Assembly (NCBI GenBank): GCA_964035545.1
Contig: OZ037765.1
Location: 10,240,698-10,304,697, forward strand
Reading direction: 5' to 3'
Length of the DNA: 64,000 bases
DNA from: Bugula neritina
Taxonomy: Eukaryota; Animalia; Bryozoa
The notes below the pieces were generated by a model. The model worked only from the letters and a program-made list of their open reading frames with translations. It was not told the origin of the DNA and did not search any database. A program made the position numbers and the translations under genes. Positions 13,038 to 24,987 of the stretch are shown here, piece by piece. Every line of letters starts with the position of its first letter. Position 1 is the stretch's first letter.

Positions 13038-16000
13038 ATGGCGGCGCAGGCGTCTAGTATTGAGGACATACAAACATTCACCAACACTAGAGAGCAGAGA
13101 CTCCGAAGGTGGTGCTTAGCTGATGTTGACATTTCTCCTAAGTGAGTCACATATAGCAGTATCAGCTGTAGATCATAGCACCTGCATAGCTGTCTATTAC
13201 CAGTGTCAAAGTGACAGCTCCTTGCAGGTTGTACTAGTTTTGGTAGTTTTAGTGTAAATATAAACATTATTCATATCATACTTAGTACATGAATTTTTGA
13301 ATACAAAGCAATGAAACGAATGAGATTAAAAAAATTTCAGAATATTTAATTTGAAGGTTTTATAAACTATTCCTAACGAAATGTTGATTTTCATGAAGTA
13401 TGCTTTATCTAAAGACTATTTTAGAGCCATCTGTGTTCTACTTCATGAATTTGGGGATCATATTCAAGCCTATGAAGCCGTTGCAAAATCATTGCAGAAG
13501 AAACATAATATAGCTGTTCATGGCTATGACCAAAAAACTCTATCCAGGTGCTTAAAGTATCACAGGATATACTATAACCATTCACACTCCCATATGCATT
13601 GTTATACGATCTGTTTGGCCACTCCTATGTTTAAGCAGATGTTAGACTACTTGGGTTTTCATTTACTGGCTTGCAGGAAGTTTGGTTTGAGAGCTAGCTG
13701 AATTTTTTGTTGAGCAGACAACTTTCTACATTACACCTAACTGAGAAGAACTAGACTTGAGTGAAATTGAAATACTGAATTTTTATATCTATCCTAGTTG
13801 TGTTTCAAAATACATCAACTAATATAAGCATTTATTTATAAATTACGTTTTGCTAAAGCATTTTTATGCACTTTTTGTTAGTTGTATACATTATTTAATC
13901 AAAGGTTTCATATAGTTATGTTACAATAATCATTGCCATTATAATATATTAATAGCATTCTGTCACAAAAATGTATAACTTAGTCAATGTGCTTACAGAT
14001 ATTAAGCACAGCAATAGGAGCTAGCCTGCATATATAAGAATATTAAAACACTACAATTATATTATCAATTATGCATTTGTAACTTCATTCACAGGATAGT
14101 TAAGGGCAACCTTTTAGCTGCAACTGCCTTGCTGAGGTTTGCATTGTAATCATATAAGAATTCAGTACCAGTAAAATAAAATCTCACCTAATTGTGCTAG
14201 AGTCAAAATTTAAAAACTACGTTGTAGGTCTTCTTTTTCTCCAGTGTAAGTTTTTTGGAAATTTCAATTTTCATTTTTTTTGCGAAGTTATAGACAAAAA
14301 ACTGCCGAATTTTGGCCAATTTTGCCTGAAAAGCTGACTTTTCAGTACCAGTAAAATATCTCAGCAGCAAAGCATGATATCTGAATAAAAATTGCACTGC
14401 TGGAATCCTGAGATATTTCTCCAGTGTAAGTTTTTTTCGTTTTTCAATAACTCTGCTAGATTGCTCATAAATTGGTGATTTATACACTGAAAATGCCATA
14501 TTTTCTCATAAGAAACTAGCAGCGCGCAGCGCTTCACGCTTCACTGAGCACGTAGGGATGAGAAGATATTGGCGCCTACATAATAATTACAGGCTAGCTA
14601 GCTGGCAGGCTATAATGAATAGCTTGCTTTGTACTTTGTTTATGTAGCACCAATAATGGAATGTTGATAGATAACGCAGCCCTAACGAAGGTTGCTGCTT
14701 ATTGGTTGTAGTTTAATCTTAGGCTAAACAATTACAAGTAGGCAACACGCATGCCACCCGCAGAGCAATATTATTCAAGAACCCGAACTACATTTTGAGA
14801 GAAATTTATGATATTCTTAGTGAGGATGCCCTTAACTATCCTGTGTTGCAGTTGGCCACGGAAGGAGTGAGGGTGCCAGAGCAATAATTCATGACTTCCA
14901 GCACTACGTAGATGATGCAATACAGTTTGTGGACATCATCAAGTCAGAATATCCAGACGTACCTGTTTTTGTCATGGGTCACTCAATGGTAAGATATAAT
15001 ACTATATATAGCGCCATTAGTGTATCTCTTGCAACTTTACTCATCGGAAAAAATTTTATTCTATCATTCTGATTTTGTTTTCAATATATTTTAGGGTGGT
15101 TTAGTCTTGGGGCATCTTCTAATTCGAGAATCTGAACTTTGTGATGGTGCAATAATGTATGCAGCTGCTGTTCATGTTAACACGGATATAGTTTCTGCTT
15201 TCAAGGTACGAACACTTATTTAGTAAGCTAGCTGTCCCTGAGCATTTTCATTTTGTGATGTCACCAATTTGATATTTTCTGATAGGGTCTCACCTGTTGC
15301 AAGATATTAAAATTTTATTATTTAGGCATGACCAAAGATAGCTAGGCTCTAAGGATATTCTTATAACAATTTAAGAAATTATGACCTAAAAAGCAAAATA
15401 ATATGACAAATTCAGATACACCCCTCAAATAATATTTCTAGAATTTAGGGTGATATTAGAGAAACTCTACTGTTGTGGAAGCTTTTCATAAAGTTTTCTA
15501 ATGCAGCGTCAATAGTAGCATAAACTTTCAAAAGTATGTAACCCCAGCATAGAAAATTTTTGAGATAAAATAATTATATTAAATTTGCAACATTTTTTAA
15601 CTTTAAATGGAAAACACCTTACAAATTGCTTCTATAAAAATACTTGGTTCTAATAATTGAACATATAGTAGCATAGTGCTATATGCCAGAACTGTGATAC
15701 TTACCAATCTGCCATATTATTACAGAGAAGCATATCTAGATGCACTGGAATTGTTTTGCCGTTTTTCCCGGTGAAAAGAGTTGATGATAACTTACTAACT
15801 AGAAATGCAGAAGAGGTAATTTCTAATAACCAGAATTAATTCAAATCGGCAACATGTGTATTCAGATGTCTTAATCACTTTTATGTTCCTTACTAGAGTT
15901 GTGATTTTTTCTATGTAAATCAAACTTAGAACAGTAGTTTTTAGAATTTAGTTTTCATATTGAATTAAAAAACTGTTATTTTGTGCACCATTTCTATTAT

Positions 16001-17895
16001 CAGCATTCGTTTTAATGAAATTTAATATTCATTATTTTGCTCTTTCAGAGCATCTCCCTATTTTGTACCTTAGAATTTATTTCCTTTTATAGATAACTTA
16101 ATATAATTACTTATTTAATTATTTTCTGTTGCAGTCTTAATTTTACTATGTAAAGACTTGACATTTTTCATTGAGAACTTCAAAGCATCATTTTGGTTTT
16201 ATGATCTCATCTTTAACATTCAACTGCCAAACAGTAAATTGTTTTGGTATGTAACAAGTTGTTTTTAAGAGCCACTGGCTTTCAGCTATATTTTTGTCAC
16301 ATGATTTTGCCACTTGGTTCTGGCAAACAATGTCTTGTCAGAAGTTAATCCGTCAAGTCAGTTTTGCTTGTAGTGTATTTAGCTCTACAAGCAAATGTTT
16401 ATCTACCAAATATGCCATAAAAACTATCAATATTTTGGTTATAATTATTCAATATTCAGCTTAAGGTTTTTTAGTACTCCATAGCTAACACAATGATGAT
16501 ATCTGAGTCAGGTTGGTATTTTCAGGTAAAAAGATTAAAGGCTGATCCTTTAAGGTACCAAGGCAGTATTAAAGCAAGGTGAGCAAAGAGAAAAGTGTGA
16601 CCGTGTCATTTCAAGCAAATTCCTATATTTAGTCAAGTTGCCTAATTTTTGTAAAATAAATTGTCTCGATTGGGATTCAAAACCGAGACTTCCGACTTGC
16701 AAGCAAGCTCTCTAACCATTACACTACGGGACTACTGGATAAACGCAACATTACAGTTTTAGTCAAGCCACCTACTTCTAGCCATGTTACCTACTTTTAG
16801 TCAATAGACCATTATACATGCTGGCTACAACTACAAGAATTCAATGGACAAAAGCTAATAGTTATGTTTGTGTTTTTGCCGAGCTAACATGGCTATTCAA
16901 CAAATATTATTTCGATATCTTTTTAATGCAGGTGGGTTTCCAACTGCATAAAGGCTGCAATGGAATTTAATGAGAGAATGTCAGAGATCACTGTTCCGAT
17001 GTTCATTGCTCATGGTGATGACGATCAAGTCTGCCATATTGAAGGCTCAACTAAACTCGAACAAGCTGTCTCTTCTAAAGACAAGATATTTATGGTTAGT
17101 TCCGTCAACAGCCAACACATTTTTGGTTTACATAAAATACGGATTTGCTAATATTTTGTTTACAACTACGTAGAGGTAAATGCATGCATACAGCATATGC
17201 AGGTAGGTGTTGCGTAAGTTTTAGCGGAGCTTTGTAACCCAGGGAGTTGTCTGACTATAAAACAATTTTTCTCCAAATATTAAACCAAAACTTTAACCCT
17301 TAGCCATGCAAAAACCTACACATCTGCAACTTATTGCTGATTTAATAAGACAATGCGTGCGTGTGCGTGTGCGTGTGCGTGTGCGTGTGCGTGTGCGTGT
17401 GCGTGTGCGTGTGTGTGCGTGTGTGTGTGTGTTTTTTTAGTTTCCTAGTTCCCTAGTCTGTAAAGTAGGATGATATTACATATGCAGTGAGGCGTATACT
17501 CTATCCAATGACTGAGAGATGTACAGCACATATATTTAGTCATAGTTTAAGGCAGAACATTTCACTCTCCAGTCAACATACTTGCAGATTTCTCACTCAA
17601 AAGAAAATTTTTCTAAGTACTTGGCAAATACTAACAAAACATGCATGTTTTTGCACAAGTGTAAAGATCATGTCTATGTCTCTCCCCAACAATTTATCAA
17701 CAAAATGTTTTGTCTTGCAAATTAGACATACTTTGCTCAGTGCATATTTCATATAGAGTGTACTAGTATGTTTCACACCACCTTACTGTGTTACAGGTAT
17801 ATGGAGGGTGCTACCACAGACTGCACACTGAACCAGACGGGTATAGTGAAAGATTTATTGACGATGTTGGGGAATGGATCTCCAGTCATTGTTGA
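13038..17895 (+). CDS. MGLL: Monoglyceride lipase-like copy 2, possibly pseudogenised (exon-2 donor lost, HG to HE)
   Basis: Exons 13038-13141, 13425-~13534, 14852-14988, 15095-15205, 15726-15815, 16526-16578, 16932-17094, 17797-17895. The GHSMGG, Asp and His residues are intact and exons have no stops, but the expected G|GT after GYDQ reads AAA. Confidence 0.8.
14090..14845. mobile_element. 756-bp non-autonomous TIR element (CAC termini, TT target duplication; CACTA/Mirage/Chapaev-like)
   Basis: TIR CACAGGATAGTTAAGGGCA(A/T)CCT at both ends, flanked by TT. Internal repeats ~180 bp apart (TTCAGTACCAGTAAAATA at 14161/14340; TTTCTCCAGTGTAAGTTTTT at ~14236/14416). Confidence 0.88.
16662..16733 (-). 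mobile_element. tRNA-derived SINE head or tRNA pseudogene
   Basis: Minus strand CCCGTAGTGTAATGGTTAG...CTTGCAA...GGTTTTGAATCCC: A box and degenerate B box, poor acceptor stem. Confidence 0.6.
17355..17431. repeat. (GTGTGC)n/(GT)n microsatellite
   Basis: Direct inspection. Confidence 0.95.
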
Positions 17896-18684
17896 ATCTG
17901 CTGTTAATAATTTTTCAGCTAGCTTATGTTGAGTCACTAATTTTTATATTTATTCTGTTATAAGCAATATTATATTTTAAAAAATACTACAATATTTTTG
18001 TATTTGTATAATATTTTGTGGTGTAATAAACTAAAAATAAGTTTCTAAATTTTGTAATTAATTATAGGTCATGCTTAGTTGCATTTGACATAAATACATA
18101 TAGTGCTTCATCATCACTTTTAAAGTACAAGTAGAAAAGTTGAGGAAAGTTATTTAGTGCCTCTCTGTTAGTAACTTCAAAAAATGGAAGCATTACTTGA
18201 TTACTTAAATCTAAGTTGAAAATTCTTTATGAAGTGTACATCACTATTGCTTCATGTTGAGAACTTTCTTACAAAACTGGACCGTTTTGTAATTTAAAGG
18301 TAGATGGGAATCCAGCATAAAACTTAAGCATTATTTATACTTATATTAATATAAAAATTGTTATTCATTAAAATTTAAACCTGGTGTAAGCGTGATGCAA
18401 CTAGGCTAAGCTATTTATCAACTGCAAGCATTAGCAACCACAATTGCCTATGTTATAAGAGTTGATTAAGTTTTGTACAATTTATACACATGAGTGATTT
18501 ATAGATGCATCTATCTACACATAAACATTTCTTTATTTTTCCCATTACTTTGCCTACGTGTATTTTAATTCTGCTCATGTGATCAATAATCTCATTGTAT
18601 ATTAATAGAATATTTCATTCATTCATTCATTCATTCATTACATTCACTAAATGCGTTCTGCTGAGTGAGCTTGCCTTTCATGGC

Positions 18685-18780
18685 TCAACGTCGTCACTGT
18701 CGGCTATACTCGTACAGCCATGTGACTCGTATTGCGCAATTCATACGTGTCCTTAATCCGCTACTCCGGTATATAAGCAC
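18685..18780 (+). promoter_or_regulatory. Putative promoter of lipase copy 3
   Basis: Locally CpG-rich patch with perfect ATTGCGCAAT (18731-18740), TGACTC (18723) and TATATAAG (18770-18777); candidate 5'-UTR intron 18851-18996 before the ATG at 19008. Confidence 0.6.
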
Positions 18781-19007
18781 TAACGAGAGTCTGGGCCTAT
18801 CAAATACACAACCCAACTGTTAAAAATAGCACATTGAGGAAATATATCAGGTATTTATCATCTAAACTCACAGATTTGTCTTTTATTGTTATATGGCGTG
18901 AATATTTGTTACCCTAATTTTTTCTCTTAAATTTGCAAGCTATAAAGCACTGATTATATTTCCCCATAGTTCAACTTCATATTCTACATTGTTTAGTAAA
19001 CTTAATC

Positions 19008-21817
19008 ATGGCTCATGAGAAACAAAAATTCCACGTGGAACAGACACAAGAATATTTTACTAATGCCAGAGGAGAGATGCTTAGAAGATGGAGTCTACCA
19101 GATGCGCCATCTTCTCCCAAGTAAGTCATATATTAAATAAAATCAATTCGCATTCATAACCCTTAGATTTCAAAACAAATATTGCAGCTCTATACAGTTA
19201 TTCAGTAGCTGAACTTTTTATTAGATTTTCTATCAACTGTGTATTGGCCTAGTTATATTGCCTTCTAGTTAATCAAGTGACCTTAGCATGTCATTATATT
19301 CACAATAGATGTTACAAATGTTTATTTAAATTTTCCATTTATATAATATATTGCTTTATAATATCCCTACAAAATTTTTATAATTAATACACCAGGTTCT
19401 GCACTAATTATTTAGTACTGGTTTATAATGACTTTACAAACATTTAAATAAAGAAATAACATAATAGTCTACTACTTACAGAGCTGTTTGTATTTTGGTT
19501 CATGGAGTTCTGGAACACGCTGCTGCATATGAACAAGTAGCAGTCACAATGCAGAAGTTATATGGCATTGCTCTCTATTCCTACGATCAAGGTATTGTAT
19601 ATAACCATTCAGTTGTTAGATTGATATCCGTATCTATTGCAATCATTAAACCACAAACACACAAAACACAAACACACACAATGTACAACATGATATTCTA
19701 TATTTTTCATGTAACTATTTACTTACTGCCTTTATGCAGTCTGCAAATTAAATGGGGATATTGTGCTTGTATTGAAAGTTTATTGTTAGTTGGACATGGA
19801 AATAGTGAAGGCGCCAGAGTTGATATCTCAGACTTCCAACATTATGTAGATGATTTGATGCAGTTTGTTGATATAATTAAGGATGAGCATCCTAAAGTAC
19901 CTCTCTTCATCATGGGCCATGCTTTCGTAAGTTCACTGTATAATAATTTGTCCGTGTAACCTTTTATAATCTCATTGTGACAAACTTATACTTCTATGTG
20001 GTCAAATTTATTTTTGCTTGTTGATTTTATAGGGTGCGTTAGTTCTTGGATATGCCATGCTAAGAAATGCGGACCTTTGTAAAGGAGCCATCATGTATTC
20101 TCCTTTAGCACAACCCAGTCACAACTTTGTCTTTTCTGAGTGGGTAAGTTGCAAAATGATCTTTTTCCTATAGCAAATACCAGTGTCTATATTCTAATAG
20201 CTCAACAGCATGCCATTCATAAATCATTATGTTTTTTCTACTACTTTTATATAATAAACATGGTCACTGTTGTGTGGTAGCTAAAAATTCTAAAAAGCAT
20301 TAATTTGACTTTTGCTGTTGGTTTTTAAAACATATCATTTTTTGTAGGCTACCAACTTTTTCAGCCGCTTCATTCCAAGCTTCCCAGTTGGGTGCTTCGA
20401 GGCACAGAAGCTTACGGCAGTTGAGGCTGAGGTGAGTGTAATTATATTTATGTTGCTGAAAGCTATGTTAAGAAATAATATAATATAATAATAGATTGAA
20501 CTATATTAGTTGAGACATGTTGATGAACATATATTTTTTTCAGATAGAAGTTATGAAAAAGGATCCTTTGAGATACCAAGGTGGTCTGAAGGCAAGGTAA
20601 ATGCTCATTGAATATTGCATCTAGTAGAATAAAGTGACTTGTGCTTATAATATATAATTAAAACGCTACCATTTGAATAAACCATGCTTTCAATTTTACT
20701 GCATGTAACACAAACAGACATTTAAACAATGCTTAGGCCTTGGAGCAAAACACTCAATTTAAGATATGTTTTTGGCTTAAAATTGTGATTTAAAATTTAA
20801 TAATTACAGATTGCTCTCTATCCCATATTGTTCATGCGAATTCATCGGTGACTATTATTAATATTACGAATATAATTGTATGACATAATGTATTATTGGT
20901 ATTTACAAATTCGGTGATATTTTCGTGCGAAGTACTTCAGTAATTAATTTATTAATTATTTGCAGATGGGCAAAAGGTGTTATTGATAGTGCTAATGATT
21001 TTCAAACTAAGATGAGCAAGATTTGTGCTCCCATGTACATTGCCCATGGAGCCAAAGATAACTTCTGTATGGTGGAAGGTGCAGAAAAACTTCATGATGA
21101 GGTTCAATCTAAAGACAAATCTATTAAGGTAAGTGAAGCTGCTAGCAGATGGTCACATGTTTTCATACGAAATGAGTATTCGAAGTCGGATAGTGGTTTA
21201 GTTTTGATACCGTAGTGAGATAACAGATTGAGTGCTACACCAGCTTTATAAATTACCATGAATTCCTGTAAAATGGAATGTGAGCTAACTTATTGAAAGT
21301 ATTTCATATATTTAATTAAAACTAGTGAATAATTACTGTACGTTGCTAAATAGTGTTTTCTTTATATATTACACAACCAAATTACTCAGAAAAGTGTATA
21401 GCAAGAACTGCTCTAACTTGAATTTTAGCAGGTGTCGGTAAAAATTACGTAGCTGAATTAAAACATTACATAATGCGCTGATTGTGCAGTGAGTGGAAAT
21501 TATGGTAGACAATAAATATGTATTAAATATTGATCAACCAACACACTGCAATTACCAAGAAGAAGCAATAACCGTCTTTATAGATATGTTGCAACTACTA
21601 AATGAAAGGATAATCTGTTTTTGAAGTTTTCTACTTTTTCTCATTTTGACGCACTACTGAATTTTAAATAAACTTGAAAACCACACAATTTTTTATTAAC
21701 AATTTGATTAATTTGCAGATTTATGAACATCTTGGTCACAGACTTCACAGTGAACTCGGAGAAGCTAAACAGCAGTTTGTTGAAGACGTCTGTCAATGGA
21801 TAGAGTCCAGAGTTTAA
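19008..21817 (+). CDS. MGLL: Monoglyceride lipase-like copy 3, intact ORF but nucleophile Ser to Ala (predicted inactive)
   Basis: Exons 19008-19120, 19482-19591, 19790-19926, 20033-20143, 20348-20431, 20544-20596, 20966-21128, 21719-21817 join in frame. Motifs VHGVLEH, GHAFGA (GCT at 19921-19923), HGAKDNFC, GHRLH. Confidence 0.9.
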
Positions 21818-22308
21818 GTTTACTGCTCATTAGACTGTCAGCCCTACTTGCAGATGTAGTAGCGCTGCATGCTTGGTATCTCAATTCAGCTGAACAATTT
21901 ACATTTGTATTGTTATTTCTATTATACTAATATTATTCTTTTTTATATATTTATAGCATTTTCATTATCACTCATGTACTTCAAACACTGCTTTTTATTT
22001 TTGATATATTAAAGTTTTTTTTCTATTATTTTCTTAAACTGATCGAGTAAATAATTAAACTTTTTTTAAAGACCATTGCTTGCAAATTGTTATTTAGTAT
22101 GATGAGTCATAATACTTAGTTCTGTAGAAATTTATTGTTATGCATCGTGTACAACATATAATACTTTACTGGATATATTTTGAGTAATAATTATGCATAT
22201 ATTGTATAATATAAACATCAAAACTTGCTAATAAAACAAATGCATTGAAAATAAACATATTTCAAACTGCTGTACAGTTTTCAACCATGAAGTTTGTATT
22301 ACGCACTA

Positions 22309-24235
22309 TCAACAGTTTTCGTCATCTGTATCTTCCAAGTCATTTGCTGCATCAACAAGGTTGAGCATATTTTCAGATTGATGAGCTTGTGTGGTGAACA
22401 TGTTATGTGGTGGCTGGTTTGCAGGGGTTATGGGGTCGTAGGAGTTGTACATGTATGGAACTACATCGTACGGTATATTGGCGGCTGGTATAAAGAATTG
22501 TGGATTGTGCATGCAAGTTCCATCAGCTATAATACAAACAACAGAAATTTCCATATTCAAAATCAACTTTAGCGTCTATTTAGCAAATATTCATGCTATT
22601 ACAAGGTTCCAGTTTATAAATATTTAACTAATTAAAATTGACTTAAAAGTTAAGACTGCATTACTTTGAAATGTTCAGATCACAAGCTAATGCTAGGACT
22701 GATAAGTTATAATGATAATACACACTGTAACTTATCTATATCTAGAAAACAGTCAGCAATATATTAATATTTATTATAGATATAAGCAGTAGGGTATGTG
22801 GGGAATCACAACATCTGATATAATATATGTATTATAATTAAGGAGTAATACAAATCAACTTACGAAGCATATGACTTTTCATGTGTAAAGCCTGTTCAAA
22901 GGTAATATTTTGAGCTGCAAGTCTGCTTAGGATGGAAGAAGCTGTAAACATCCTCAGGTGATACATCTGAGTTGCTGGAAAAAAGAAATTAATTTATGAT
23001 TCCATCTTTATTTTTAATGTATCAGGCTCTGTTAGTCTAAGCGTAGGGCCACATGATGAGGACTACCTGCGCGGACTACATGCAGAAAATCCATCTAGCC
23101 CAAAATGGGCTGTTGTGTGCAAATTTTCATGCGAATAACATGCTGAGCGGAGAGTGCAGAAAGCTCATGGGGGTTTGATCTAATTGGCTGATTACTATTT
23201 AGCGAGCACACTCGTTTAATTTCAATTCGGGTTTTAATTTTTAACGAACTGAATTAAAACAGTTTCATATAATTTGTATTTCCGCTTTTATAATATCTAA
23301 CGTCATTTTGCCGATGACACTGATTGAAAAACAAATGCCTGTAGGCGAGCAGTAAAGTTAAACTCCAAGATCATTAGCTAATAAATTTCCGCATTGTGTG
23401 TTCCTGGAATGGATTTTCAAGAATTTGGACCCGCATGCAGAAAATTCGCGTCGCGTGGCCCTAGCCTAATAGTTTTGCCATCAATGTTGCACTGCCAGGC
23501 ACAGATTGCAATGATAATATACTAGATAGCAGCAATAGGTATTTCAAGTTTTTAAGCCAAAATGTTTTCTCTTTACCTGCAGTTTCCATATGCATGTTTT
23601 GGCTGAAGGATTCATCTTCAGAAAGGACAGGCCCGGTGTCATCTATGTTTGGCATTCTGTAATACTTTCTTCCGCGATTTCGTTTCGAATTTTGATGAGG
23701 CATATTTTCTTTACAAAATACATAGTATTTCTCTACTTTAAGCATATGTACAGTAATGTTATAGCTTCCCGCTACCGAACAGGAGAAAGCGGAGATAGGT
23801 GAGAAATAGTATGTTATAGCTTGAATGTTAGTTAAATCACATACTTCAATTCTTATTTCTAACAGAAAAATACAAACATTTTAATGCTTCTCCAACTAAA
23901 TAACTAATAGTAATATTCTTATTTCAACCAATATACAAAGTAGGAGAAAAGAATTGCACATCAACATGATGTAGGTACACGCACAACTACTCACCCATAT
24001 ATCTGGTCATGCCATCAGGATACACATGTCCAGTGGAATCAACAGTTCCAGGTCCTGCTAGTTTACAATTCCTCTCATTTCGATCTCCAAACGCACCACT
24101 ATGACTACTCCTTTCTAATGATTCTCTTGGCACACACTCCAACGATTCTGTGGAGTTGCTTTCTTCTTGCGACAAGCTTTCAGTTTCCAACACAGAATTA
24201 AGTTTTTTTTCTCTCATTCCACTTGCCCAAGCCAT
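22309..24235 (-). CDS. Uncharacterised 233-aa protein, 4 exons
   Basis: Exons 24235-23995, 23708-23577, 22974-22864, 22526-22309; three phase-1 GT-AG introns give one 702-nt open frame; AATAAA on the minus strand near 22130. Confidence 0.7.
23044..23463. mobile_element. MITE with TAGGGCCAC termini (hAT-like)
   Basis: TAGGGCCAC...GTGGCCCTA with imperfect subterminal inverted similarity (GAAAATCCAT/ATGGATTTTC); target duplication not cleanly preserved. Confidence 0.65.
23768..23804. mobile_element. ~37-bp dispersed element, copy B, flanked by direct repeats
   Basis: CCCGCTACCGAACAGGAGAAAGCGGAGATAGGTGAGA with ATGTTATAGCTT at 23756-23767 and 23811-23822. Confidence 0.6.
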
Positions 24236-24987
24236 AATTCAAGTAATAATCTACTTCAACAGTTGAATACTGAATTTTGTTCCAGTTTTAATTGTTATAA
24301 AAAAAGCATCATGTAAAACCTTGCGATCAACATAAGTCCATCGGCACACTACTTGCAGGCTCAAAACTATGAAATAATTTAGGTTTTGACGAATCAATGG
24401 AGAATGAACATGTACAGGCCAATAATATAGTATATGTTGCAGGTGTGCTTAGCAATATTTTATGGAGAAATATTTTCAATAGCTGCTTTACTGGGTCGCA
24501 AGTTTATGGTTTTTATATCGGCACTGCCATAGAAAGCAATGGCGCTCAAAGAAATTCACCTGAAACGGTCTAGTAATATCCTGATTTCAAGCCCAGCATA
24601 CTTACTTATAGAAATGGTATATTTACAGAGTTGGTACACTTGTATAGTTTTTAGAACTGCAGTTTCTCGTATAGGTGTAAAACTCTATCAGTTCTGAGGC
24701 CTTGGGCAGTAAAAACAGCTGGTCACAACTGACTATAAATAAGTGACTGAGTTTATTAATAAAACGCTGTTGAGCTTTCACAATAAGAGAGCAGGTTGAA
24801 TTAATACAGTTGAATATATTTACAAATATTACAACGGCACAGAGTAGCAACCTGACAAGCTTGCGAGCATAAACTATGCACCTGTTACAGTCTGTAATAA
24901 AACGTTGAAATATATTGAAGATTGATAAATTTACATGGTGGGACATATAATACGATAGAAGATAGGTCAATGTCTGTAGCATGGACT

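Noticed and set aside
14203-14499. 98-aa ORF as a transposase
   Set aside because: Lies within the internal repeats of the non-autonomous element; no DDE or DNA-binding motif.
14829-14851. U12-type intron suggested by CCTTAAC
   Set aside because: The motif is part of the transposon TIR and no RTATCCTT donor exists upstream in that intron.
16662-16733. Functional tRNA gene (TGC anticodon)
   Set aside because: B box is degenerate and the acceptor stem pairs poorly; better explained as a SINE head.
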